The translations under genes were made by a program, and so were the position numbers. The notes under the pieces are model-generated. The model ran no database searches, was not told where the DNA came from, and saw nothing but the letters and a program-made list of their open reading frames with translations. A DNA stretch of 20,000 nucleotides from an uncultured virus (IMG/VR IMGVR_UViG_3300028241_002116). Its lineage: Duplodnaviria > Heunggongvirae > Uroviricota > Caudoviricetes. The DNA lies in IMG/VR virus record IMGVR_UViG_3300028241_002116. One strand, given 5' to 3'. Each line of letters opens with the position of its first letter. Position 1 is the first letter of the stretch. This document shows positions 1-8,689 of the stretch, piece after piece.

Positions 1-238
1 TTTTGCCTTATCTTCTGTTTTAGACACTTTCAGATGTTCAGCGAGAAGGGCTTCTTTTTTATCCTCCAATCTTTCCTCCTTTTTTCTTAAATTCTTTAAA
101 GCCGAGAGATACGATTTCCCTGTAGCCTTCCTGAAAATTTCGGATTCTTTTATCAAAAATAAAATCGTCAATTTCTTTTTTCAGTACAGGTTCAACATAA
201 ATTGCCAGTTGTACTTTTTTATCATCAAGCTCTGACAC
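1..238 (-). CDS. Small divergent regulator, possibly ribbon-helix-helix; 3' end runs off the window
   Basis: Not in the ORF track. GTG at 238 with AGGAGG RBS (cctcct 245-250 on +), open to base 1: MSELDDKKVQLAIYVEPVLKKKLTILFLIKESENFQEGYREIVSLGFKEF... The alternating strand followed by two helices is RHH-like (inference). Confidence 0.6.
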
Positions 239-269
239 TATTAACCTCCTTGATAATTTCTGTTTTTAT

Positions 270-360
270 TTAATATTATTGTGACAACAATATGTCAATA
301 CATTTTTTTGTAAAATAATAAAATATTTTCTTGACAGGTTTTTTATAAAGGTGTAGAGAA
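270..360. promoter_or_regulatory. Divergent sigma70-type promoter region
   Basis: TTGACA on - at 298-293 and TTGACA on + at 331-336, pointing at the two divergent genes. The -10 boxes are imperfect. Palindrome tattgt-gaca-acaata at 277-292. Confidence 0.5.
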
Positions 361-382
361 TGAAAAAACAAAGGAGAGGATA

Positions 383-1564
383 ATGGCAAAACTGGAATAT
401 AATGTATATGAAGATCCGACTCTGAAAGCAATGGATGAGGCTTTAGAGCTAAAACAAAAACTTGAAAAGCCACGCAATTATCTTGGTGCATCAGAGATCG
501 GAAATGAATGTGAACGGTATCTATTTTATTCTTTCAGAAATGCAAAAGCAAGAGTAATTTCGGCAAAAGGGATTAAGGCTATAGAGGACGGTTTTGATCA
601 GGAAGCTAAAACAATTGAACGATTGCGGATGCTTCCATTTATCGAACTACATACAACGGACGGAACTTTCGACAAAGACGGCAACCCGAATCAAATTGGT
701 TTTGATGATATGCTCTTAGGACACGTGAGGGGACATGTTGACGGCATGGTAAAAGGATTATTGCAAGCCCCTTCCACATGGCATATATTTGAGCATAAGA
801 GTGTAAACGAAAAAAAGTTTAACGAACTTAAAAAGTTAATAGAAGAAAAAGGAGAAAAAGAAGCTCTTTACCATTGGGACATTATCTATTATGGTCAATC
901 ACAAATATATATGCACAGGTTTGAGATGACACGACATTACCTTGTGTGTTCAACACCTGGAGGTCGGGATCATATATCTGTCAGGACTGAGTATAAACGT
1001 GCATACGCTGAAATGCTGATTGAGAAAGCTAAAAATATAATATTTGATAACTGGAATATTCCGGCTCGAATATCTGATAAAAGGGAGTATTACAAGTGTC
1101 AGTGGTGTCAATACCAATCAATCTGTCACGATGGAGAAGTGCCGGACATAAACTGCAAAACTTGTAGATACAGGGATTGTATCGATGAAGGTAAATCAAA
1201 ATGTTTGTTGAATGATACAATAATAGAAGAGACTCTGCTTAATGTCGGTTGTGTCTCTCACATCTATAATCCGGCTCTTATGCCTGAATGTAAACTTGTT
1301 GAACATCAAGAGGATGGATGTATCTATCATATACCGGAAAAGAATTTTTATTTTGCAAATACTAATCTCACAGGCTTTCCAGATGTTAAAGGTCAGATTG
1401 ACGCAATATTCACAAGCAAAGAGCTAAAAGAAAAAATTAAGAATATCAATAACTTAGGTGTAGCTACTGCAAAAATTCAGAAGGCTTTTATTGGTGAGAT
1501 GTCTCCGAAGGCTAAGCCCTGGGACAGCCTGAGCAATGATCATTCAAAGCTGAGGGATATATAA
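383..1564 (+). CDS. Cas4-like PD-(D/E)XK phage exonuclease
   Basis: YLGASEIGNECER N-terminal Cys, GHVDG...FEHKS catalytic motif, YYGQSQIY, CQWCQYQSIC Fe-S-type Cys cluster, and an extra CxxC-rich tail. RBS gagagga. Confidence 0.85.
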   Translation: MAKLEYNVYEDPTLKAMDEALELKQKLEKPRNYLGASEIGNECERYLFYSFRNAKARVISAKGIKAIEDGFDQEAKTIERLRMLPFIELHTTDGTFDKDGNPNQIGFDDMLLGHVRGHVDGMVKGLLQAPSTWHIFEHKSVNEKKFNELKKLIEEKGEKEALYHWDIIYYGQSQIYMHRFEMTRHYLVCSTPGGRDHISVRTEYKRAYAEMLIEKAKNIIFDNWNIPARISDKREYYKCQWCQYQSICHDGEVPDINCKTCRYRDCIDEGKSKCLLNDTIIEETLLNVGCVSHIYNPALMPECKLVEHQEDGCIYHIPEKNFYFANTNLTGFPDVKGQIDAIFTSKELKEKIKNINNLGVATAKIQKAFIGEMSPKAKPWDSLSNDHSKLRDI

Positions 1565-1957
1565 ATGGAAGAGATTAAATTCAGAGTTTATGATAAAAAG
1601 GAAAAATGTTTTCATTATTTTACACTGACAAATATTTTACAGTATAAAAATGAATTTGAAAAGCATATAATCAATGGTGATAAATTTGATTTATTCGTTG
1701 GACTAAAAGACAAAAACGGAAAAGAGATTTATGAAAGGGATAAAATAAAAGTTCTGGAAGTATATAATAATAAAGAAAAAGAATATATAACCGATATAAT
1801 TTTTGAAGAGTCAGCATTTTTATGTAAATCTGGTTCTTCTTATTATGATACTTTTATAAACTCATGGCATAATCCAGACAAAAGATACCCATTGATTGAA
1901 TTTGAAATAATTGGAAATCCATACGAAAATCCAGAGTTAATAAAAGAGGTCAAATGA
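1565..1957 (+). CDS. YopX-family phage protein
   Basis: EIKFRVYDK start, GLKDKNGKEIYERD core, and EIIGNPYENPELI end are typical of YopX. Confidence 0.85.
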   Translation: MEEIKFRVYDKKEKCFHYFTLTNILQYKNEFEKHIINGDKFDLFVGLKDKNGKEIYERDKIKVLEVYNNKEKEYITDIIFEESAFLCKSGSSYYDTFINSWHNPDKRYPLIEFEIIGNPYENPELIKEVK

Positions 1958-2199
1958 TACTATCAATAGATATTAAAAGCTGTAGCGATAAACCGGAAGG
2001 GATTGAAACTTTCAGGGATAAACATAAAAATCCGAAACAGACAAATTTCATAGTCTGGGATAAAGACGGTATTCCACGTTTTGCAGTCTTTGAAGATGGA
2101 CATTTTAAATATACCGGAAATAAAAGGGTGATAACAAACGCTGATAAATATATCAGAGTACCTACAGGCGAAGAGGTTGAAAGTATTTGTAATGGTTGA
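1954..2199 (+). CDS. Hypothetical protein
   Basis: ATGA overlap with the previous stop; gagg RBS. Confidence 0.6.
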   Translation: MILSIDIKSCSDKPEGIETFRDKHKNPKQTNFIVWDKDGIPRFAVFEDGHFKYTGNKRVITNADKYIRVPTGEEVESICNG

Positions 2200-2386
2200 C
2201 GGTAACAGAAAATTGACTGTAGAATTTAAAATGAATACTGATAATGGATACTGTTATACTCCATGTCCTTATGGAAAAAAATGTTTCGTATATAGTGTAA
2301 CCTGTCAGGATTGCGAACATTTTTTCGGGCTTATACCTGATACGAATATAATAAAATGCACAGGAGCGAGAATTGAAGAAATATAA
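2177..2386 (+). CDS. Hypothetical Cys-rich protein (true start possibly ATG 2192)
   Basis: CYTPCPY..C..CQDC..C pattern; fills the gap in the operon. Confidence 0.5.
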   Translation: MKVFVMVDGNRKLTVEFKMNTDNGYCYTPCPYGKKCFVYSVTCQDCEHFFGLIPDTNIIKCTGARIEEI

Positions 2387-2912
2387 CATTATATATGCAG
2401 ATCCTCCCTGGTCGTACAAGGATAAATGTCATTCAGGAAAAAGGGGAGCGTCTTACAAATATCCAACACAAGGTATAGACTGGATTAAAAATTTACCTGT
2501 GCAAAATATTTGTGCAGATGATTGTTTTCTTTTTCTATGGGTAACTATGCCCCTGCTTCAGGAAGGATTAGACACAATAAAAGCGTGGGGATTCCAATAT
2601 AAAACTTGTGCCTTTACATGGGTTAAGAAAAACAAAAATAAAGATTCATGGTTTTGGGGTATGGGAAATTTCACACGGTCTAACGCTGAACTATGCTTGC
2701 TCGGAGTTAAAGGAAAACCTAAAAGAGTGAGTGCTTATGTTCATTCCGTAGTCGATACTCCAATTGAAGGACATTCCGTTAAGCCTGCAACAGTTAGAGA
2801 CAGAATCGTTGAACTCTGTGGAGATTTACCACGAATAGAATTATTTGCAAGAAATTACCCTGCTTATTGGGACGCATGGGGAAATGATGTAATAAGCGAT
2901 ATTGAATTATGA
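2373..2912 (+). CDS. MT-A70-family adenine methyltransferase
   Basis: IIYADPPW, LFLWVT, AWGFQYKT, HSVKP and RIELFAR motifs. Confidence 0.92.
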   Translation: MKKYNIIYADPPWSYKDKCHSGKRGASYKYPTQGIDWIKNLPVQNICADDCFLFLWVTMPLLQEGLDTIKAWGFQYKTCAFTWVKKNKNKDSWFWGMGNFTRSNAELCLLGVKGKPKRVSAYVHSVVDTPIEGHSVKPATVRDRIVELCGDLPRIELFARNYPAYWDAWGNDVISDIEL

Positions 2913-3178
2913 ACCAAAAAGATATAATTGATATTGTCGCTGAAAAAACCGGATACCCGAAATATTATGTCAGAGATATTGTAACTAAAACTTTTGATGT
3001 AATATTGGAGGAGATGTTTATTCATCCGGTAACTATCAGAGGTTTTGGTAAGTTTTTTACTAAAGAGCGTAAAGGTAGATATGTTATTCATCCTGAGACT
3101 GGAGAAAAAATAATATATCCTTCCAAGCTTAAACCTACATTAACATTAAGCAGAAGTTTACCTGACGAAGAATCTTAA
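2909..3178 (+). CDS. HU/IHF-like DNA-binding protein
   Basis: MNQKDIIDIVAEKTG helix, VTIRGFGKF, and RKGR..HPETGEKI arm. Confidence 0.85.
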   Translation: MNQKDIIDIVAEKTGYPKYYVRDIVTKTFDVILEEMFIHPVTIRGFGKFFTKERKGRYVIHPETGEKIIYPSKLKPTLTLSRSLPDEES

Positions 3179-3189
3179 AGGAGATAAAA

Positions 3190-3366
3190 ATGAAATGCAG
3201 TACAATAAAAAATAAACATAATAAATATGCTGTTACTTTCTGCGATACGCCTGAATCTATAATAATTTATGCCTATGACATTGATCAGGCAAAGATATTA
3301 GCTCAGGCCAAAAGAATCGAACAGGAAAAGAATTATACAGATATTTATTCTATACAGGAGATATGA
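3190..3366 (+). CDS. Small hypothetical protein (58 aa)
   Basis: Manually translated MKCSTIKNKHNKYAVTFCDTPESIIIYAYDIDQAKILAQAKRIEQEKNYTDIYSIQEI; aaggag RBS; fills the gap. Confidence 0.65.
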   Translation: MKCSTIKNKHNKYAVTFCDTPESIIIYAYDIDQAKILAQAKRIEQEKNYTDIYSIQEI

Positions 3367-3370
3367 AACA

Positions 3371-4642
3371 ATGACACAGGAAAAAGCAATTGAATTGGCA
3401 CTATCCGGTCATAATATTTTTTTAACAGGAAAGGCCGGGACGGGTAAAACTTATACGCTAAACAAGATTATTGAAAAGCTGATGGAGAAAGGTAAGAAGG
3501 TTGCAATAACCGCAAGCACTGGAATTGCAGCTACTCATATCGGAGGGAATACAATTCACTCATGGGCTGGTATCGGCATAAAAGATAAACTGGAAACAGA
3601 AGATTTTTATAAACTTAAAAATAATCAATATTCTTTTGAGAGATTATCAAAAGCTGAAGTTCTGATTATTGATGAGATTTCAATGCTACATGATTATCGA
3701 CTTGATATGGTTGATGAAGTTTTGAGATTTATAAAAATCAGTGAAGAGCCTTTTGGTGGAATTCAAGTTTTGCTGATCGGTGATTTTTACCAGTTGCCTC
3801 CTGTTGAAAGAAACGGAAAAAATAATTACACCTTTAATGCGAAGGTGTGGGACATCGCTAATTTTAAAGTTTGTTATCTGGAAAAGATTTACAGACAGGA
3901 AAGTGATTTAAAATTTATTGAGATACTAAACGCAGTCAGGGAAAACAATGTTACAGCAGAACATAAAGAAATATTGAAGTCACTTTCTGATAATACAAAA
4001 TATAAAGATCAAGCTGTTAATCTTTATTCAAAAAATATTGATGTTGAACAGGAGAATAACTATAGACTTGATTGCATTAAAGGAATTAAGACAACTTTTC
4101 AGGCTGAGGTTTACGGCAATCCCTCACAGGTTCAGCGTATATTAAAGAACTGGATGGGACGTGAATTTCTTCATTTAAAAATCGGTGCTAAAGTAATGTT
4201 TGTTGTAAATGATTTAAAGACAGGTTTTTATAATGGAACTATGGGTGTAATATCAGATTTTGAAGATGAAAGCGGTTATCCGATTGTTAAAATATTCAAA
4301 ACCGGAAAAAAGATAACAGTAAGAAAACATGAATGGAAAATTGAAGAGGAAGATGAGATAAGCGGTGAAAAGAAAGTGCTTGCATCTGTTTTACAATTCC
4401 CTTTACGCCTTGCGTATGCGATTACGATCCACAAATCTCAAGGAGCGACTTTTGAGTATGTTAATCTTGATATGACTGATGTATTTGTTCTGAACATGGG
4501 TTACGTTGCATTATCCAGGATAACATCACTTGACGGGCTATGGCTTAAAGGATTTAATTTTATATCTCTTCATACAGATGTTGCAGTCATTCAAAAAGAC
4601 ATTGAATTTAAAAAAATGAGCGAGGAGTTGGAACAATGCTGA
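3371..4642 (+). CDS. PIF1-like SF1B DNA helicase
   Basis: GKAGTGKT Walker A, TASTGIAA, TIHSWAG, IIDEISM, PFGGIQV..GDFYQLPPV, QFPLRLAYAITIHKSQGAT and YVALSR. Confidence 0.93.
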   Translation: MTQEKAIELALSGHNIFLTGKAGTGKTYTLNKIIEKLMEKGKKVAITASTGIAATHIGGNTIHSWAGIGIKDKLETEDFYKLKNNQYSFERLSKAEVLIIDEISMLHDYRLDMVDEVLRFIKISEEPFGGIQVLLIGDFYQLPPVERNGKNNYTFNAKVWDIANFKVCYLEKIYRQESDLKFIEILNAVRENNVTAEHKEILKSLSDNTKYKDQAVNLYSKNIDVEQENNYRLDCIKGIKTTFQAEVYGNPSQVQRILKNWMGREFLHLKIGAKVMFVVNDLKTGFYNGTMGVISDFEDESGYPIVKIFKTGKKITVRKHEWKIEEEDEISGEKKVLASVLQFPLRLAYAITIHKSQGATFEYVNLDMTDVFVLNMGYVALSRITSLDGLWLKGFNFISLHTDVAVIQKDIEFKKMSEELEQC

Positions 4643-4785
4643 AAAAACTTATCAGTAAGGTTATTGCATGGCGTTTCACTTGCACTCATAATGATTACAT
4701 GATAATATTCAAAGACTATCAGGAAAATTGTCAAAAGTGCCGTTGTTCTAATTGCGGAGAAATATTTTATAAAGAATTAGAATAA
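4636..4785 (+). CDS. Small Zn-ribbon-like protein (49 aa)
   Basis: MLKKLISKVIAWRFTCTH...CRCSNCGEIFYKELE; gaggag RBS; overlaps the helicase stop. Confidence 0.6.
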   Translation: MLKKLISKVIAWRFTCTHNDYMIIFKDYQENCQKCRCSNCGEIFYKELE

Positions 4786-4812
4786 TTTTTCACACAAATA
4801 TATAAATTTTTC

Positions 4813-4841
4813 TTGACCTGTAAAAACAAATAATGTAAATA
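4813..4841 (+). promoter_or_regulatory. Putative sigma70 promoter
   Basis: TTGACC 4813-4818 followed by AT-rich sequence (taaata at 17 bp). Upstream context is shared with the promoters at 331 and 12505. Confidence 0.45.
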
Positions 4842-4850
4842 CAACGGATA

Positions 4851-4981
4851 TTAAAGAGACATAACCTAAACCTTGACCGGATTTATGTTTCTTTAAGAAA
4901 CTTACAAAGGCTTATAATTTTTGTGTTCGGTCAAGGCGATTTATTTATAAATCGGGAACATGAGATTATAAGCCTTTTTTT
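4851..4981 (+). ncRNA. Structured cis-regulatory leader: hairpin, then branched terminator-like hairpin with loop-junction pseudoknot
   Basis: P1 4851-4864/4883-4896. P2 begins aaaggcttataa at 4906 and closes ttataagccttt at 4977, then a T-run. Inner stem 4937-4954. Loop ccttgaccg (4871-4879) is complementary to cggtcaagg (4928-4936). Confidence 0.65.
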
Positions 4982-4991
4982 ATTTTAAGGA

Positions 4992-7487
4992 ATGAGGGAA
5001 ATGATTTTTGAACCACGTTATTACCAGAAAGAAGCGTTAGAAGCTCTTCAGGATTATACAGCTAATAATCACGGAAAGAATCCGATCATAGTGCTGCCCA
5101 CAGGTTGTATTTCGTGGGATAGTATAATAAACGAAAATAGAAACAAATTAGGACGGAAAAAACGCATTGAGACAATGTATAAAGGTTTTAATGGATTGAA
5201 CAAAAATCAAAAGCACAATTATGACAAAACATATAAAACTTTTGTTCGTTCTTTCAACGGAGAAAAAATAAAATTAAACGAAGTTGAATCTGTTTCGTAT
5301 AGTGGAATAAAAGATTTATTAAAATTAAAACTTGAAAACGGATTAGAATTAAAAGCTACACCTGATCATAAAATAATGACAAAGACTGGTTGGGTTAGAA
5401 TGTATAAGCTAACCACAGAACATGAAGTAATGTGTGACACTTTAAAACCTGAAAAAAAAGAAAATCATTCCTATGTTAAACATAATGATTTAATGATTTG
5501 TAATTTATGGTTTCATCCTTACGCAAAAAAAACAAAAACTAAAAAAGAAAAAAGAGGATATACTTTAAGAGTTGAAATTCATAGAGCAATATATGAATGT
5601 TATATAAATAATATTACATTAGATGAATATAAAAGAATTTTAAGAACAAACGATGAAAAAATAAAAGAAATGATTTTCATAGATCCATCAATCTATGATA
5701 TTCACCATAAAGATTTTAACCATAAAAATAACAATCCAGAAAATCTCATTAAACTAACAAAAAGAGAACATCAGGTTTTACATAGTGAACATTCTAAACA
5801 TAATTTTAATCAGGGAGTTCCAAAATATTCAAAAGTTTTATCAGTTAAATATTTTGGAAAAGATCATACTTACGATATAGGATGTTTTGAAAATCATAAT
5901 TTTGTTGCCAACGGAATAGTTGTTCATAACTCAGGCAAAGCTCTATTGCAAGCTATGATTGTTAAATGGATAATGGAATGGGATCATACAAAAATATTAT
6001 TGCTTACTCATCAGAAAGAACTTATAGTTCAGAACTCAGAAGAGTTTGTAAAACTTATGGATACACCTTTTCTTGATTATGGTATATATTCCGCAGGACT
6101 AAAAAAAAGAGAAAGAGGACATAGAATTTTATTTGCAGGGATTCAGAGTGTTTATAAAAGAGCGTGGTCTGATATTGGATTCAGAGATATTATACTTGTA
6201 GATGAAAGTCATCTTATTCCGCATGGAAACGATGGCATGTATCGGACGTTTATTTCTGAGATGAAAAAAATAAATCCTAAAATTATTATAGTGGGACTTT
6301 CCGCTACTCCATATCGTCTTAAAGGTGGATTATTAACAGAGGGTAAAAATAAATTATTTGATGATATTTGTTATGAAGTTACAATACCAGAACTGATAAA
6401 TCCTAATCATCCAAAAAATAAAGATAAAAAACAATATCTTGGAAGTATTATTACTCCTAAAAAAGCTATGAAATCAAGAGTGGATTTATCAGGAGTACAT
6501 ATAAAAGCCGGAGAATATGTTGAAAAAGAGATGCAGGATGCTTTCTGTAAAGATGATTTAGTCTCAAGATCTGTAAGAGAAATACTTGAATATGTTCAAG
6601 ATAGAAGAAAGATTTTAGTCTTTACAGCAGGGATAGAACACTGCGAACGAGTTGCTGAAACATTTAAAGAGTTTGATCAATCTGTCGGCTATGTTCACAG
6701 TCAAAGAACAGATATTGAAAATCAAAAAGTTCTCGAAGATTTTAAAACAGGAAAGATAAAGTTTTTAGTCAATGTTTCTATTCTTACAACTGGTTACAAT
6801 GTTAAAGATATAGATTGCATCGTACTAATGAGAGCAACACAAAGTCCAGGGCTTTACGTTCAAATGGTTGGAAGAGGCACAAGGCTTCATCCTTCAAAAG
6901 AAGATTGCTTAATACTCGATCTTGCTCACTGTATAGAAACTCACGGTCCGATTGACAAGATAGAAATTAAGAAACAAAAAGACGGAACAGCAAAAGCTGA
7001 AGGTATGCCGGAAAAGGTATGCCCATCCTGTGAATCAATGCTTGCTCTTGCTGTTATGGTCTGTCCTGATTGCGGTTATGAATTTCCGGTTAAAGATAAA
7101 CATGATGATACAGCGAGTGAAGCTGATATTATTTCTAAATGGAAAAGACCTGAGCCTTATGATGTTGAATATATACATTATTCAATACATCAGAAAATCG
7201 GATCTCCTGATATGCTGAGGGTGCAATATTACATAAGCGATCTTTATAGCTACAGCGAGTATATATGTCCGATGCACACAGGATTTGCAAAAAAGAAAGC
7301 GTTGCGATGGCTGGAGCTAAGGCTTCCGGTTGAAGATCTGGATAAGCCTTTATGCTCAATTCAGGATATAATAGATCATAAAGATAAAATTAAGCAACCG
7401 AAACAAATTATTGTTGATTTAAACGGCAAGTATCCTAACATAATAGGACATATTTTTGAGGAGAAGAAGGAACATGTCGCAGTATAG
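4992..7487 (+). CDS. SF2 DEAD/DEAH-box (YejH/RadD-like) helicase with intein and C-terminal Zn ribbon
   Basis: PRYYQ Q-motif, LPTG/SGK split by the intein, VDESH, LSATP, LTTGYN, QMVGRG.R, and CPSC..CPDCG. Confidence 0.93.
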   Translation: MREMIFEPRYYQKEALEALQDYTANNHGKNPIIVLPTGCISWDSIINENRNKLGRKKRIETMYKGFNGLNKNQKHNYDKTYKTFVRSFNGEKIKLNEVESVSYSGIKDLLKLKLENGLELKATPDHKIMTKTGWVRMYKLTTEHEVMCDTLKPEKKENHSYVKHNDLMICNLWFHPYAKKTKTKKEKRGYTLRVEIHRAIYECYINNITLDEYKRILRTNDEKIKEMIFIDPSIYDIHHKDFNHKNNNPENLIKLTKREHQVLHSEHSKHNFNQGVPKYSKVLSVKYFGKDHTYDIGCFENHNFVANGIVVHNSGKALLQAMIVKWIMEWDHTKILLLTHQKELIVQNSEEFVKLMDTPFLDYGIYSAGLKKRERGHRILFAGIQSVYKRAWSDIGFRDIILVDESHLIPHGNDGMYRTFISEMKKINPKIIIVGLSATPYRLKGGLLTEGKNKLFDDICYEVTIPELINPNHPKNKDKKQYLGSIITPKKAMKSRVDLSGVHIKAGEYVEKEMQDAFCKDDLVSRSVREILEYVQDRRKILVFTAGIEHCERVAETFKEFDQSVGYVHSQRTDIENQKVLEDFKTGKIKFLVNVSILTTGYNVKDIDCIVLMRATQSPGLYVQMVGRGTRLHPSKEDCLILDLAHCIETHGPIDKIEIKKQKDGTAKAEGMPEKVCPSCESMLALAVMVCPDCGYEFPVKDKHDDTASEADIISKWKRPEPYDVEYIHYSIHQKIGSPDMLRVQYYISDLYSYSEYICPMHTGFAKKKALRWLELRLPVEDLDKPLCSIQDIIDHKDKIKQPKQIIVDLNGKYPNIIGHIFEEKKEHVAV
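5106..5930 (+). mobile_element. Intein (275 aa) with an HNH endonuclease domain
   Basis: Starts at Cys (CISWDS, TGT 5106). Block B LKATPDHKI, block F TYDIGC..HNFVANG, ends VVHN (5930) followed by Ser +1. Internal IHHKDFNHKNNNPENL..H..H HNH motif. Confidence 0.93.
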
Positions 7488-7776
7488 AATATCTGAAGAG
7501 ACTATTGAAAAGCTGAATAAAATCTATGATTATTTTGGTGGAGGATCAAAGTCTGAATCTTTTGACAATAAGATTGAAAGGCTTTTTCTTGAAGCCGGAG
7601 AGTTCAGGGACGCTATTACACTGAAACAAAATTCAAAGAAAAGAAATAAAGAAATCACGGATTTAATTTCGTGTTGTCTGCAACTGCTTTTTAATAATGC
7701 AGAGATTCAGACACAACTGGAACAGACTATTGATTTTACAATTTCCAGGATCGAAAACGGTTATTATCAGCAATGA
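7456..7776 (+). CDS. MazG-like all-alpha NTP pyrophosphatase-like protein (start probably ATG 7474)
   Basis: LEAGEFRDA...KEITDL acidic helix pair. Confidence 0.45.
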   Translation: MRRRRNMSQYRISEETIEKLNKIYDYFGGGSKSESFDNKIERLFLEAGEFRDAITLKQNSKKRNKEITDLISCCLQLLFNNAEIQTQLEQTIDFTISRIENGYYQQ

Positions 7777-7898
7777 TCTGCTATAAATGCAAAACTGAAA
7801 TGATACGAGACAAAAAATCTAATAAAAATTCGCAGTTCTCTAAGGTCTGGATTTGCCCTAAGTGCAAGCATGAGACAATAGAGGAGAGCAATAAATAA
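7773..7898 (+). CDS. Small Zn-ribbon protein (41 aa)
   Basis: MICYKCKTEM...VWICPKCKHETIEESNK with two CxxC motifs; ATGA overlap with the previous stop. Confidence 0.65.
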   Translation: MICYKCKTEMIRDKKSNKNSQFSKVWICPKCKHETIEESNK

Positions 7899-7914
7899 CT
7901 ATGTTTACACACAC

Positions 7915-7993
7915 TCCCTGCGGTCAACCATCCTATAAAATCCGCAAAAAAGAACCGGCTGAGTATTGTTATATCGACCGCAGGGAATTTTTT
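7915..7993 (+). repeat. GC-rich 11-bp inverted repeat with a 50-nt spacer, followed by a T-run
   Basis: tccctgcggtc 7915-7925 / gaccgcaggga 7976-7986, then attttttt. Confidence 0.7.
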
Positions 7994-8011
7994 TATATAT
8001 GATAAAAATTG

Positions 8012-8041
8012 TTGACTTTTAAAAAAGGAGAGTTTTAAACT
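8012..8041 (+). promoter_or_regulatory. Putative sigma70 promoter for the HNH/primase unit
   Basis: TTGACT-18 bp-TAAACT. Confidence 0.45.
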
Positions 8042-8101
8042 ATGAGACATAACATTACTACGGTTCATTTTTAAGCTAAAATAAACAGATAAAAATATAC
8101 A

Positions 8102-8689
8102 ATGAAAGAGTACATTGATAAGACAATGAAAAAAGTCAAAGAAAAATGGAAAGATATAAAAGGTTATGAAGGTTTATACCAAATAAGTAATTATGGTAGA
8201 GTTAAATCTTTGCATAGAAAATGGATAGCAGCTAATGGAGGTAAACACGAACATGGTGATATAATTATGAAACAAGATTTTGATCCTAATGGTTATTTTT
8301 ATGTCAATTTTTATAAAAATAATAAAAAGAAAAAATTTAGAACACATAAATTAGTAGCATTGCATTTTGTTAAAAATATAAAAAACAAACCAGTTGTTAA
8401 TCATATAGATGGTGTAAAAAGCAATAATTATTATAAAAATCTTGAATGGGTAACTTTATCTGAAAATTCAATTCATGCTATTAAAAATAATCTATATGAA
8501 CATGTTAAAGGATCAGATGTAAAAAATTCAAAACTAACAGAATGGGATGTTTATGTAATAAGAAAACTTTATAAAAATACAAAATATTGGCATAAACAAA
8601 AAACAGTAGGTGAATTATTCGGCATATATAAATCACAGCATATAAGCGATATAATAAGAAACAAAACTTGGAAACATATTAAAGCATGA
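8102..8689 (+). CDS. NUMOD4-HNH homing endonuclease
   Basis: EKWKDIKGYEGLYQISNYGRVKS (NUMOD4), HKLVALHF, VNHIDGVKSNNYYKNLEWVT..EN..HA (HNH), and a C-terminal helical DNA-binding tail. Confidence 0.92.
   Translation: MKEYIDKTMKKVKEKWKDIKGYEGLYQISNYGRVKSLHRKWIAANGGKHEHGDIIMKQDFDPNGYFYVNFYKNNKKKKFRTHKLVALHFVKNIKNKPVVNHIDGVKSNNYYKNLEWVTLSENSIHAIKNNLYEHVKGSDVKNSKLTEWDVYVIRKLYKNTKYWHKQKTVGELFGIYKSQHISDIIRNKTWKHIKA

Noticed and set aside
383..1564. Cas4 as evidence of a CRISPR-Cas system
   Set aside because: No cas1/cas2 and no repeat-spacer array; solo Cas4-like nucleases are common in phage replication modules.
7900..8000. Self-cleaving ribozyme or tRNA
   Set aside because: No hammerhead CUGANGA/GAAA core, no recognisable HDV or twister core, and no T-loop or cloverleaf by eye.
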